IMG/VR virus record: IMGVR_UViG_3300012346_000120
Coordinates: 1-29,493 of that record
Direction: 5' to 3' (one strand)
Origin: a virus
Lineage: Duplodnaviria > Caudoviricetes
Length of the DNA: 29,493 bases
A model generated the notes under the pieces. The model did not search any database. It was not told the DNA's origin and was given only the letters and a program-made list of their open reading frames with translations. The position numbers were made by a program, and so were the translations under genes. Of the stretch, positions 1 to 7,393 are shown piece after piece. How positions within the stretch are numbered: the first letter of the stretch is position 1; every line of letters begins with the position of its first letter.

Positions 1-40
1 CAAAGTGTTCATCCATCAACCATTCTACTGCTGTTTTCAT
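1..40 (-). CDS. 5' part of a small hypothetical protein (MKTAVEWLMDEHF...), truncated by the window edge
   Basis: ATG at 40-38 overlaps an upstream TGA (ATGA); frame open to position 1. Confidence 0.6.
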   Translation of the reverse strand, partial: MKTAVEWLMDEHF

Positions 41-99
41 TGTTCTTGTTGTTTAAATGTTTTACATTTCGTGTTTAGATATGTGGTAAGTTTTACCAC

Positions 100-423
100 T
101 TATCCTTGCTTACATTGACATTCGTGTATCTCATTGCTACCATAGCAAGCACATCCTTGTTTAAAGGTTTTTACTTCGTCTTTTAGTCGTTCCAAGTAAA
201 GTACAAAGTCCATAGCTTCTTCTTGTGCATGTGTGAGCCATTCTAAGGTGCTTAGGTCGCTTCTTTCTAGCGTGGTGTTATACTTCTTTATCCCGACTTG
301 CGAACGTTCGTTAAAACGCGCCAAAACGCGTAAAACTATTTGGTCTTCTATTTGCTGGTTCATTAGTTCGTTTTTTATAATGTGGTTAGCCATATCTTCT
401 ATGTAGTCATCAAACCAACTCAT
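100..423 (-). CDS. conserved phage protein, possibly MazG-like/dNTP pyrophosphatase helical fold
   Basis: RSQVGIKKYNTTL...WLTHAQEEAMDFVLYL with EExxD motif; start may be MNQQ at 363. Confidence 0.55.
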   Translation of the reverse strand: MSWFDDYIEDMANHIIKNELMNQQIEDQIVLRVLARFNERSQVGIKKYNTTLERSDLSTLEWLTHAQEEAMDFVLYLERLKDEVKTFKQGCACYGSNEIHECQCKQG

Positions 424-1100
424 AAGAAATTATATAAGGTTTCGTAATACTCGCGGCATAGTTCGACGCGTTCTTTAATTTGCTCGATAACTTGTTCGTC
501 ACGTTTGACCTCAAAGAACTTTACACGGCGGTTGTCGGGTATATGGTCGAAGTTGTGGCGCTTTGTCACTTGTTCGATTAGTTCTGGGTCTTCTTCTAAA
601 AGCTTAGCGTTCCAGTGGGCGCGGCGTATTTCGTCTTGCACCATGTCTTCGGGTGTGTTGACTAGGCAGTAGACAAGTAAGCTTTTTTGTTTACCCGTTA
701 GCCACATGTAGCCTTGAAGTTGATACCAATAGTCTTTAGTTGGTATTTCAGTAGCAAAAAACGGAAACGTCGTAGCGTCCCAAGAACTTTTTACGTCTAG
801 TAGAATGGTGTCCGTGTTTACGTCGGGAGTACCTGTTAGCCATTCGTTACTAAAGTGTTCGTCGTTTTTGATTAAGAACCCTAGTTCTAGGGCTTCGCTT
901 GCAATTCTTATGCTTTCGTCTTCGACTAGGTTGCCCTTGTCCGTGTAACGTGAGCTAAAGGTTTTTCTTATTCCGTATTTTGCTAGCAATACTTGTTCTT
1001 CGACGTAGGTCTTAGCCGTTTGGCTTAGTATTTCGCTTTTTGAACGCGACGAAGTCATGATTTTACCAATCGCTGAGCATCTAACTTTAAAAGTATTCAT
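420..1100 (-). CDS. YqaJ/lambda-type exonuclease (viral recombinase)
   Basis: RCSAIG, KGNLVE, GTPD, DVKSSW, YWYQLQGYM PD-(D/E)xK motifs; adjacent to ERF. Confidence 0.9.
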   Translation of the reverse strand: MNTFKVRCSAIGKIMTSSRSKSEILSQTAKTYVEEQVLLAKYGIRKTFSSRYTDKGNLVEDESIRIASEALELGFLIKNDEHFSNEWLTGTPDVNTDTILLDVKSSWDATTFPFFATEIPTKDYWYQLQGYMWLTGKQKSLLVYCLVNTPEDMVQDEIRRAHWNAKLLEEDPELIEQVTKRHNFDHIPDNRRVKFFEVKRDEQVIEQIKERVELCREYYETLYNFL

Positions 1101-1615
1101 ATAGCGTTCAACATTTCGGTTTGACTTTCGGTTAAAGTAAAGCTAGACGTTATCTTTTCTTTGGTTACTTTGCCGTCTACAATTGCTTTGCACGCGTCTT
1201 GAAAGCGTTTGTTGTCAATAGCGGGTAATTTCTTTACTTGTTCGCCGCTTGCGTCCGTGTCTTTGTCCGTAACAAGTCCTAAAGACGAACTAAGGGCATA
1301 ACGTCGGTAATATGTCACGCCCGATCCAAAGCTTTGAAAGTCGTTCATACCTTTAAGCGTTACGTGTGGTATTGCAACTTTACTTTCTAGGTTTTCGCCG
1401 CTTTCGACGTGGAAAATTAGCGTTACAATGTAGTCAATGCCGTCCTTAGTGTCTAGCATTTGGGTAAAGCCTAGCCCGTGTTTCTTTAGTAACGGATTAA
1501 TTTTGTCGAAAATTGCGGGTAAGTCAGCGTAAGAATAGCCAAACCCTTGCGTTCCTTTGTGAATTACAGGTACTTCTTGTTGGAATGCTGCCAACGCTTT
1601 AAATAAATTTTTCAT
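1097..1615 (-). CDS. erf: ERF family ssDNA-annealing protein
   Basis: YSYADL and QSFGSGVTYYRRYALSSSLGL...DTDA signature. Confidence 0.92.
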   Translation of the reverse strand: MKNLFKALAAFQQEVPVIHKGTQGFGYSYADLPAIFDKINPLLKKHGLGFTQMLDTKDGIDYIVTLIFHVESGENLESKVAIPHVTLKGMNDFQSFGSGVTYYRRYALSSSLGLVTDKDTDASGEQVKKLPAIDNKRFQDACKAIVDGKVTKEKITSSFTLTESQTEMLNAI

Positions 1616-1633
1616 GTTCTGTTTTGTTTAGTT

Positions 1634-1670
1634 ATTATATGCAAATATAGGTGTTATTTTAATTCTGCAA
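1634..1670 (-). promoter_or_regulatory. Bacteroidota sigma70-type promoter for the ERF/exonuclease operon
   Basis: TATATTTG at 1649-1642 (TAnnTTTG); TTG at 1670-1668; 17 bp identical to the promoter at 6402-6418. Confidence 0.75.
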
Positions 1671-2172
1671 TCTTTTTTTTATATTTTTTTATAATTTCTT
1701 TCAGTTCGTCGGCGGTGTACTTTCGGATATCATGCGCTTTTTCGTGCAATTCTAGTAGACGTTCGGGGCCTATGCGCTTTTCTATGCCTATTTGGTATTC
1801 TAATAAGTTCCCGTGTTTGTATCGGTTGCACGTTACACATTGAGCGTGTACGTTATCCTCGTTAAACGTAACGGCTTTATGTCCGCCCATGCTGAAATAA
1901 TGCCCAGCGTCGTACTTTTCGCCCAAAGAACCGCCGCAACTTACGCAAGGCTTACCGCGATCGCGAAGACGAATAAACGTATTAAATACCTTTTGGGCTT
2001 CTTTAAGCCAGTCCGTTGTCGTTTTAAGGTCGTTTTTTAGATTGGCCTTAGTCTTTTTCCATTCCTTTTGCTTTACGTCTTCTACAAAGGCTTTTAAGCA
2101 TTCGTCTTTTAAACAAAACTTTTGGTTGAAGCGAACTGGTTCAAACTTGTCGCGGCAATTTTTACACCTCAT
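1654..2172 (-). CDS. ninG: NinG/Rap-like recombination endonuclease
   Basis: N-terminal CxxC; FNTFIRLRD..PCVSCG...DAGHY...NVHAQCVTCN. Confidence 0.9.
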   Translation of the reverse strand: MRCKNCRDKFEPVRFNQKFCLKDECLKAFVEDVKQKEWKKTKANLKNDLKTTTDWLKEAQKVFNTFIRLRDRGKPCVSCGGSLGEKYDAGHYFSMGGHKAVTFNEDNVHAQCVTCNRYKHGNLLEYQIGIEKRIGPERLLELHEKAHDIRKYTADELKEIIKKYKKKIAELK

Positions 2173-2174
2173 TA

Positions 2175-2429
2175 CTAAAATTTTATGCTTTCATTGATCC
2201 ATTGACGAAAGGCTATTTGCAATTCTATTTGCTGGTTAAAAATGTTTGCCGCCGTTTCGTTGTCTATGCGTAAAACGTCTCTATCCACGCGCTGTATTTC
2301 TTCGGCTAGTATGTTTGCCTTACGTTTCAAGGTTTGTTTAAATACATACTGGTCGTTAAGGTCTTCGATAAAGTCAGCTAACACGGGTAAGAATGCCGTT
2401 AAGGCTACTAGTTTAGTTTCTTTTGTCAT
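2175..2429 (-). CDS. hypothetical protein
   Basis: ORF in operon, ATGA overlap with upstream gene. Confidence 0.75.
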   Translation of the reverse strand: MTKETKLVALTAFLPVLADFIEDLNDQYVFKQTLKRKANILAEEIQRVDRDVLRIDNETAANIFNQQIELQIAFRQWINESIKF

Positions 2430-2617
2430 AATTCAATGTTATTAAATTTTAGTTCGTTTTCAAGTAATTTTTCTGCCATTAATTTAGACTCAGAAAAGCC
2501 AGCTAAAAGACCCGTGTACATATAAACGCCTACTTCGTCTTGGGTTTTAAGAAATCTATTTACTAATTCTATTTTTTGGTCTAGTTGTTCAATGAGCATT
2601 TGTAGCGGTGTGTTCAT
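2426..2617 (-). CDS. hypothetical protein
   Basis: ATGA overlaps on both sides; ends NELKFNNIEL. Confidence 0.7.
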   Translation of the reverse strand: MNTPLQMLIEQLDQKIELVNRFLKTQDEVGVYMYTGLLAGFSESKLMAEKLLENELKFNNIEL

Positions 2618-2653
2618 AATTCAATGTTTTTAAATTTTAGTTCGTTTTTAAGT
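2426..2653. repeat. 40 bp direct repeat (38/40 identical) at 2426-2465 and 2614-2653
   Basis: tcataattcaatgtt(a/t)ttaaattttagttcgtttt(c/t)aagt read directly. Confidence 0.95.
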
Positions 2654-2910
2654 TCGTCGTATGCAACCCTTAATTGTGCGTTGCGTCTAGCTAGTTGGTT
2701 TAACTCGCGGTTTAAACTTACAATTTCGTTTTGCATTTCGATTATTACTAGTTCGGTTTTCAATAATTGCTCTTCGCTATCCTTACCGCCGTTAATGTAG
2801 TCCTTTGCGTCTGGTTTATCCTTTTCGAGTTTTAAGCGTACGTTTTTAATTCGTTCGCGGACTACCCAAAGGGTGTTTTTCGCCCATAAAATCTTTAGAT
2901 CCAGTTCCAT
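2614..2910 (-). CDS. hypothetical coiled-coil protein
   Basis: ORF directly after helicase; heptad-like; ends NELKFKNIEL. Confidence 0.75.
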   Translation of the reverse strand: MELDLKILWAKNTLWVVRERIKNVRLKLEKDKPDAKDYINGGKDSEEQLLKTELVIIEMQNEIVSLNRELNQLARRNAQLRVAYDELKNELKFKNIEL

Positions 2911-2911
2911 T

Positions 2912-3841
2912 TTAAAAAGTGTTTAAGTTGCGTAATTTTTGGCTTGTCGAAATTAGCCCTTCGGTTATTGTTTTTTGTATGTCTTTTGGTCGGTGTTTTT
3001 GTAAGGGGTCAATTCCGTTAATTGTAAACCCTAACCCACTATTAAAGTCGCAAACTACAGGGTAGTCTATTTCGGTATGTTTGCCGCCCGTTTCGGTGTC
3101 CTTAACTTTTTCGACGTTAACCCACGTTTTAAACTTGTATTCTGGGTGTTTAATGAGTCGGTGAATTACTAGCATATCGTCGCAGCGGTTTAAAAATGCC
3201 TTACCCCCTTCGATTCCGTCCTTTAAGGGGGCTTTCAAATGCCCTTTTAATTCGCCTTCGGTGTATAAATTACCGCTTCGTCCGCTTTCAGTATTTGGGT
3301 GCGTGTTTATGTAGATAGTCATACCCGTACTATTGACAAATTGACGTGCAGTATTCATAAATTCGTAATTCCCAGCAAACGACATTTCGCGGTCTAGCCC
3401 CGTGAATGGATCAATTAACCCAACTTTGCACCCACTTTTTTCAAATAGCGCTAGTATTTCTTCGGGTTTGTACAAATTCGAGTTGTCAATAAATGTAAAA
3501 TATTGCTCTAAGTACGCAACGTCGCCCGCTATTTGTGAATGGGTCAACTTGTTAAAGTGTTTGCCGCGGTACATTTGCACCATGTCGCGTAGTATTTGCC
3601 CCTTTTGGTTTTCACCCGACCAAATGCAAAAGGTAAGGTCATGTTTTAAAGCTAGGGTAAGGAAATACCAATTTATCCAGTACGTCTTACCTACGTTGTC
3701 GTGTCCTAAGATTATGTTTAGTTGCTTAGGTTTAAATTTTAGGTGTTCGTCTAGGTAGCAATCTAAGCCAAGACCTTGTTTTATTTTGCCGTCCCTTACG
3801 TCGAGTAAGTATTGCAGCGCGTCGCCTTGTTTGAGTAGCAT
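2912..3841 (-). CDS. RecA-fold (DnaB/SF4-like) replicative helicase
   Basis: Walker A GHDNVGKT, WSGEN, Walker B LIDP, THP; follows the initiator. Confidence 0.8.
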   Translation of the reverse strand: MLLKQGDALQYLLDVRDGKIKQGLGLDCYLDEHLKFKPKQLNIILGHDNVGKTYWINWYFLTLALKHDLTFCIWSGENQKGQILRDMVQMYRGKHFNKLTHSQIAGDVAYLEQYFTFIDNSNLYKPEEILALFEKSGCKVGLIDPFTGLDREMSFAGNYEFMNTARQFVNSTGMTIYINTHPNTESGRSGNLYTEGELKGHLKAPLKDGIEGGKAFLNRCDDMLVIHRLIKHPEYKFKTWVNVEKVKDTETGGKHTEIDYPVVCDFNSGLGFTINGIDPLQKHRPKDIQKTITEGLISTSQKLRNLNTF

Positions 3842-3842
3842 G

Positions 3843-4508
3843 TTAATTGTTTTTTAGGTGTGCTAAGATACTATCGCTTTCGGTAACTATTGTAAGACCG
3901 CTGTACTTGTCTATTATTTCGGCCCTACTAAAAAATTCGGGTGTGCAGTATTGGTAATTATTGTCTTTATGGTATTTCGTAGATGCTGCGTTTTTTATGG
4001 CGTTATTAATGTCGTCTATTGTGTACCCTTCTTTTATACGTGCTTTGTACGACCTTTTAACTTTGTCGTTCATTACTCTAAACTTTCTTTTAAATGTAGC
4101 CTGCAATAATAAAAGTAAAGACTCAAAGTCTATTATATTTATATCATTTACATTATCATTATCATTAACAGCCATTTTTGCTATACTCAAAATGCGTTTG
4201 CCATCGTTTGCCATGTCTTCGCATGCGGTCGCATCGTTTTGCATTTCACCCCATCTTTTGCTAGCGCCAATTTTACCAGCCTCACTACGTTTAGTTTTTA
4301 CGCTTTCAAATAATTTTAAGTCACGTTTTAATTGCTGTTTAATTGGCTCAAATGCTATGTCCACAATTAAGTCTTCCGCCTTTGGGTCTTCGTCGTTAAC
4401 GTAAGCGTAAATGTGTTTAATCAATTTACCCGCTATTTCGTCGGGCAGCTTATTAAACAAGTCCTTTTGATCAACGTAAAGGATAAACGATTTTTTGTCT
4501 TTTGCCAT
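3843..4508 (-). CDS. phage replication initiator/replisome organiser (DUF6291-like N-terminus)
   Basis: KKSFILY...AGKLIKHIYAY, KRSEAGKIGASKRW, low-complexity NDNDNVND linker, C-terminal TPEFFSR...IDKY. Confidence 0.8.
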   Translation of the reverse strand: MAKDKKSFILYVDQKDLFNKLPDEIAGKLIKHIYAYVNDEDPKAEDLIVDIAFEPIKQQLKRDLKLFESVKTKRSEAGKIGASKRWGEMQNDATACEDMANDGKRILSIAKMAVNDNDNVNDINIIDFESLLLLLQATFKRKFRVMNDKVKRSYKARIKEGYTIDDINNAIKNAASTKYHKDNNYQYCTPEFFSRAEIIDKYSGLTIVTESDSILAHLKNN

Positions 4509-4524
4509 TTTGCAAATTTAGGTA

Positions 4525-4620
4525 ATAAAAAACCCCCAAACTTCGTTGCGGCTGGACGTGCAAGTCGGTTTGAGGGTAAATAATTCCTTTTGAGTTTATG
4601 GTGTCCAGCCAACTCGTCTA
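4525..4620 (-). ncRNA. structured 5' leader with intrinsic terminator and competing helix
   Basis: ACCCUCAAAC/GUUUGGGGGU stem plus U-run; GGCUGGAC (4610-4603) complementary to GUCCAGCC (4557-4550). Confidence 0.7.
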
Positions 4621-4628
4621 CAAATATA
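4621..4628 (-). promoter_or_regulatory. TAnnTTTG -7 promoter element of the replication operon
   Basis: TATATTTG directly upstream of the leader; no clear -33 element. Confidence 0.65.
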
Positions 4629-4633
4629 ACGTT

Positions 4634-5065
4634 TTATTCTACTAAAAGTTGCTTGTCTTCTAAAATTTCTTCGTAAAAACCCATCTTTACCCGTCTTTGA
4701 ATACGTTTGAAAGCTGCCATGTTGTGGGCTTTAAGTATGTCCGTCTTTATGTCGTAGTCTTTTCGCGTCTTAAACACTTTAGATATGTCGGGTAACTCAG
4801 CGCCGTCTAAGTAAGCTTGAAGCGCGCACGTCTCAGCTAAGTAGTCCGTATCTTTGTAGCTAGTTAAGTCTTTGTGAACACGAAGCCCGTGTAAAATTGT
4901 AGCGTGGTTCTTGTCAAAGTAACGGCCTATGTCCGAAAGACTAAATCCGCAAATTCTTAATTCATTGTAAAGATAGTAACGTTTGTACAATACGTCGCGT
5001 CTTCTTGACTTGTTAAGTAGTCCGTATTTTTCGATGAGTTCGTTTATTAGTCCTAGTTTGTTCAT
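4634..5065 (-). CDS. DNA-binding protein with DnaA domain IV-like HTH
   Basis: SRRRDVLYKR...SLSDIGRYFDKNHATILHG. Confidence 0.75.
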   Translation of the reverse strand: MNKLGLINELIEKYGLLNKSRRRDVLYKRYYLYNELRICGFSLSDIGRYFDKNHATILHGLRVHKDLTSYKDTDYLAETCALQAYLDGAELPDISKVFKTRKDYDIKTDILKAHNMAAFKRIQRRVKMGFYEEILEDKQLLVE

Positions 5066-5066
5066 G

Positions 5067-5429
5067 TTAAAAATGTATTGTATTATAAAATTCTTCTTTA
5101 GTTACTTCTTTTACTTCAAATTCTTCTACGTTTTTTGTAATGTTTACGCTATAAAACCAACCTTGTTTTTTAAATATTCGACATAACTCCCTTGCGCATT
5201 CATACAATTTCCATTCACATTCAATTATGAAATATTTATTTTCGTTTTTCTGTTGGTAGTATTTTTCTAATTCCTCGGCTATGTGCCATTCTTTTTGGTT
5301 CCAGTCTTCGACATAAACACTGGTTGTTTTGAGCCATTGAATAGGACTTAAACCGCTTCTAATTGCGTCAATCTTGGCGTTATGAAGTTCGGCTAAAAAT
5401 AAAACTTTTGCTTTGGTGTTGCGCTTCAT
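5067..5429 (-). CDS. hypothetical protein
   Basis: ORF in operon; C-terminal half resembles 26083..26277. Confidence 0.7.
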   Translation of the reverse strand: MKRNTKAKVLFLAELHNAKIDAIRSGLSPIQWLKTTSVYVEDWNQKEWHIAEELEKYYQQKNENKYFIIECEWKLYECARELCRIFKKQGWFYSVNITKNVEEFEVKEVTKEEFYNTIHF

Positions 5430-5572
5430 ATTTGTTCTACTTTAAATTTTCCTAATTCGTATTGACCCGTTGCTAGTAGGTCGTGCTTTTTCCAGTAGGC
5501 TAGGCTTTGCGAGTTTAAAACCCAGCTTTCGACGGGTTTAGATCCGACGTAATAAGTTAGTTTCCATTTCAT
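5426..5572 (-). CDS. 48 aa hypothetical protein, absent from ORF track (MKWKLTYYVGSKPVESW...FKVEQI)
   Basis: Translated by hand; ATGA overlaps at both ends, fills the gap exactly. Confidence 0.75.
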   Translation of the reverse strand: MKWKLTYYVGSKPVESWVLNSQSLAYWKKHDLLATGQYELGKFKVEQI

Positions 5573-5790
5573 ATTTCTTGCATTTTGATTTCACAAATTC
5601 GGTTGTAAAGGTCGTGGTTGAATGATGTCCAAAAGCGGTTCACTTGGTAGTGGTTAAATGAACCAACTAAGTTCCTCGTCGTCTGTTTCGTTGTATTCTT
5701 GAATATAAGCGTCTTCAAAGTAGTTGGCTTCGTAAAGCGTCGTAAGGTAGTCGTCGCAGTCTTTTGTTTGTTTGATAGTAAGTGTTTCAT
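5569..5790 (-). CDS. hypothetical protein, start uncertain
   Basis: Stop is coupled to the next ATG; 5' part overlaps 5654..5971. Confidence 0.4.
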   Translation of the reverse strand: MKHLLSNKQKTATTTLRRFTKPTTLKTLIFKNTTKQTTRNLVGSFNHYQVNRFWTSFNHDLYNRICEIKMQEI

Positions 5791-5971
5791 TGTAGTCTTT
5801 TTTCGTTATTTTATAGTTTGCGTAAGCGTCGTAAATTTCTATTTCGTATTCGGCTAGTATTTCGCCGTTCGTGTTTGTGTCGCCTTCGTCGTGTAGTGTT
5901 ACGTGCAAATACACTAGGTTCATGTCGCTAGGTCGGTAAACTTCAAAGTCTTTAATTTCGGTAACAATCAT
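5654..5971 (-). CDS. acidic hypothetical protein
   Basis: D/E/Y-rich ORF starting just after the upstream stop. Confidence 0.75.
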   Translation of the reverse strand: MIVTEIKDFEVYRPSDMNLVYLHVTLHDEGDTNTNGEILAEYEIEIYDAYANYKITKKDYNETLTIKQTKDCDDYLTTLYEANYFEDAYIQEYNETDDEELSWFI

Positions 5972-5972
5972 T

Positions 5973-6230
5973 TTATTTGAATTTAGAGTTATATACGTGG
6001 TTCATGTACTTGTCGTAAGACGGGCTAAGTTCGTACGTCTTTTGTTTGTATGTTTGGGTGTCAGTTGCTTTGGCGTCTAGAACGGGCAAAGTGTTCGTAG
6101 ACATGAGCCAAATTAAAAACGCAAAACCTAAAATTGCAATAATGCCACCGCCTAAAATTTGGCGCTCGTCTTCGTTTAAGTCTTTAAACAAGAACCCGTA
6201 TTTATTTATTAATGTTTTCATCTTTTTCAA
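5973..6230 (-). CDS. small membrane protein
   Basis: Hydrophobic ILGGGIIAILGFAFLIWLM; start probably at MKTLINK. Confidence 0.7.
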   Translation of the reverse strand: MKKMKTLINKYGFLFKDLNEDERQILGGGIIAILGFAFLIWLMSTNTLPVLDAKATDTQTYKQKTYELSPSYDKYMNHVYNSKFK

Positions 6231-6384
6231 TTGTTTCTAGTAAGTTTAACATTGAACCCCATGCGCCTAAAGCATAACGCGTGTGTTTGTGGTCTGTGCC
6301 GTATTGCCCTTGGCAATGTCTAAAGTCCTTGTACAATTCTTGTTCTTGACTGCGGATAAGTTCTAAAATTTGTTCTTTGTTCAT
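6202..6384 (-). CDS. hypothetical protein, first gene of the early operon
   Basis: ATG preceded by A-rich leader and consensus promoter. Confidence 0.75.
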   Translation of the reverse strand: MNKEQILELIRSQEQELYKDFRHCQGQYGTDHKHTRYALGAWGSMLNLLETIEKDENINK

Positions 6385-6409
6385 GTTGTTTTTGTTAAAA
6401 GATTATATG

Positions 6410-6440
6410 CAAATATAGATACTATTCACAACCTACCAAA
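6410..6440 (-). promoter_or_regulatory. consensus Bacteroidota promoter TTTG-N19-TAnnTTTG
   Basis: TTTG 6440-6437, TATATTTG 6417-6410. Confidence 0.85.
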
Positions 6441-6604
6441 CTTTTTAACATATTTTTTTAACATTTTTTTAGATTTCCTTATTTTACAAGGCTTTCAGAC
6501 GCAAACTTTTTTTTGTGTTTTAAGGTTTTACCCTTTAATTATAACATAAGTAACCTGATAAATCAATTAAATTCAGTACCTTTATAAGGTTAAATCTTGA
6601 TAAA

Positions 6605-7084
6605 ATGATATACTTAATCTCACACGAAGACAAATATTTAAAAATTGGACATACTAATGACATCAATAATCGCTTTAGTCGGTTGCAAGTATCAACTCCA
6701 ATTAAATTAAAATTGATTCACTTAATAAAAGGCGGTTTCAATTTAGAAAAAGAACTACACCAAAAGTTTAAAGATTTGCGCGTAAATGGAGAATGGTTTG
6801 TTTATGATGCCGAAATACTAAATTATTTTAGTAGTCACGATTGTTTGATGTGGGAATATGGTTTTAAACCTTACGAAAAGATGCCAATTATAGGACTAAT
6901 TAAAAACGAAAGGTTAAATAAAAATATGTCTATGGCTATGTTGGGTGAATTATACGGATGTTCTGCCCAGTCTATTCACGAAATAGAAGTAAGGGAAATG
7001 CAAGGAAAATTAACGCTTAACATACTGCATAAAATGGCAAAAATATTTAACAAAAAATTAGAGTATAGGTTCGTGTCTGAATAG
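6605..7084 (+). CDS. GIY-YIG (T5orf172/MUG113-like) domain fused to a C-terminal XRE-type HTH
   Basis: IYLI...KIGHT..I..R..RLQ..P...EKELHQKF...GEWF; IKNERLNKNMSMAMLGELYGCSAQSIHEIE. Confidence 0.85.
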   Translation: MIYLISHEDKYLKIGHTNDINNRFSRLQVSTPIKLKLIHLIKGGFNLEKELHQKFKDLRVNGEWFVYDAEILNYFSSHDCLMWEYGFKPYEKMPIIGLIKNERLNKNMSMAMLGELYGCSAQSIHEIEVREMQGKLTLNILHKMAKIFNKKLEYRFVSE

Positions 7085-7085
7085 C

Positions 7086-7141
7086 TTTACCCTTATTTTG
7101 TGACAAAATTGGAAATTATTTACCCTTATTTTGTTACAAAA
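7086..7141. repeat. two 23 bp direct repeats (22/23), 33 bp period, each with palindrome TTTTGTnACAAAA
   Basis: 7086-7108 and 7119-7141. Confidence 0.9.
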
Positions 7142-7272
7142 CAAAGCTGTTGTGTATAGATTTTTGAATTTTTTATACATAACGTACCCGAAAAGGTGCA
7201 ATATAATGTAAGTTTAATCTGTTTATACCCGATTAGGTACGCAAATGTTTGCTAATATCCTATTATAATACG

Positions 7273-7298
7273 AAAAAGCCAACCCCGAAAGGCTGGCT
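7273..7298 (-). terminator. intrinsic terminator, copy 1
   Basis: AGCCAGCCU-UUCG-GGGUUGGCU-UUUU. Confidence 0.85.
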
Positions 7299-7336
7299 AG
7301 GGCTTACAACGCTAATTGTAAGGTGGTGCTAAGTTA

Positions 7337-7362
7337 AAAAAGCCAACCCCGAAAGGCTGGCT
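7337..7362 (-). terminator. intrinsic terminator, copy 2 (identical 26 bp)
   Basis: Same sequence 64 bp away, directly after the last late gene. Confidence 0.85.
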
Positions 7363-7393
7363 TCAAAACAGAACTAGAAAAAAGTGTTGCAAT

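Noticed and set aside
1-57. Direct terminal repeat proving circularity
   Set aside because: Matches to 29237-29288 are short, internal and differently spaced; the termini do not overlap
97-102. Alternative genetic code or genome-wide stop readthrough
   Set aside because: Genes are intact and tightly packed under the standard code; the in-frame continuation is explained by the local duplication
1813-6240. Plus-strand ORFs in the early region (1813, 2242, 3402, 3961, 4983, 6046)
   Set aside because: Overlap well-supported minus-strand genes
7086-7362. CRISPR mini-array
   Set aside because: Only two copies of each repeat; one pair has a 10 bp spacer and the other is a terminator with U-tract; no cas genes
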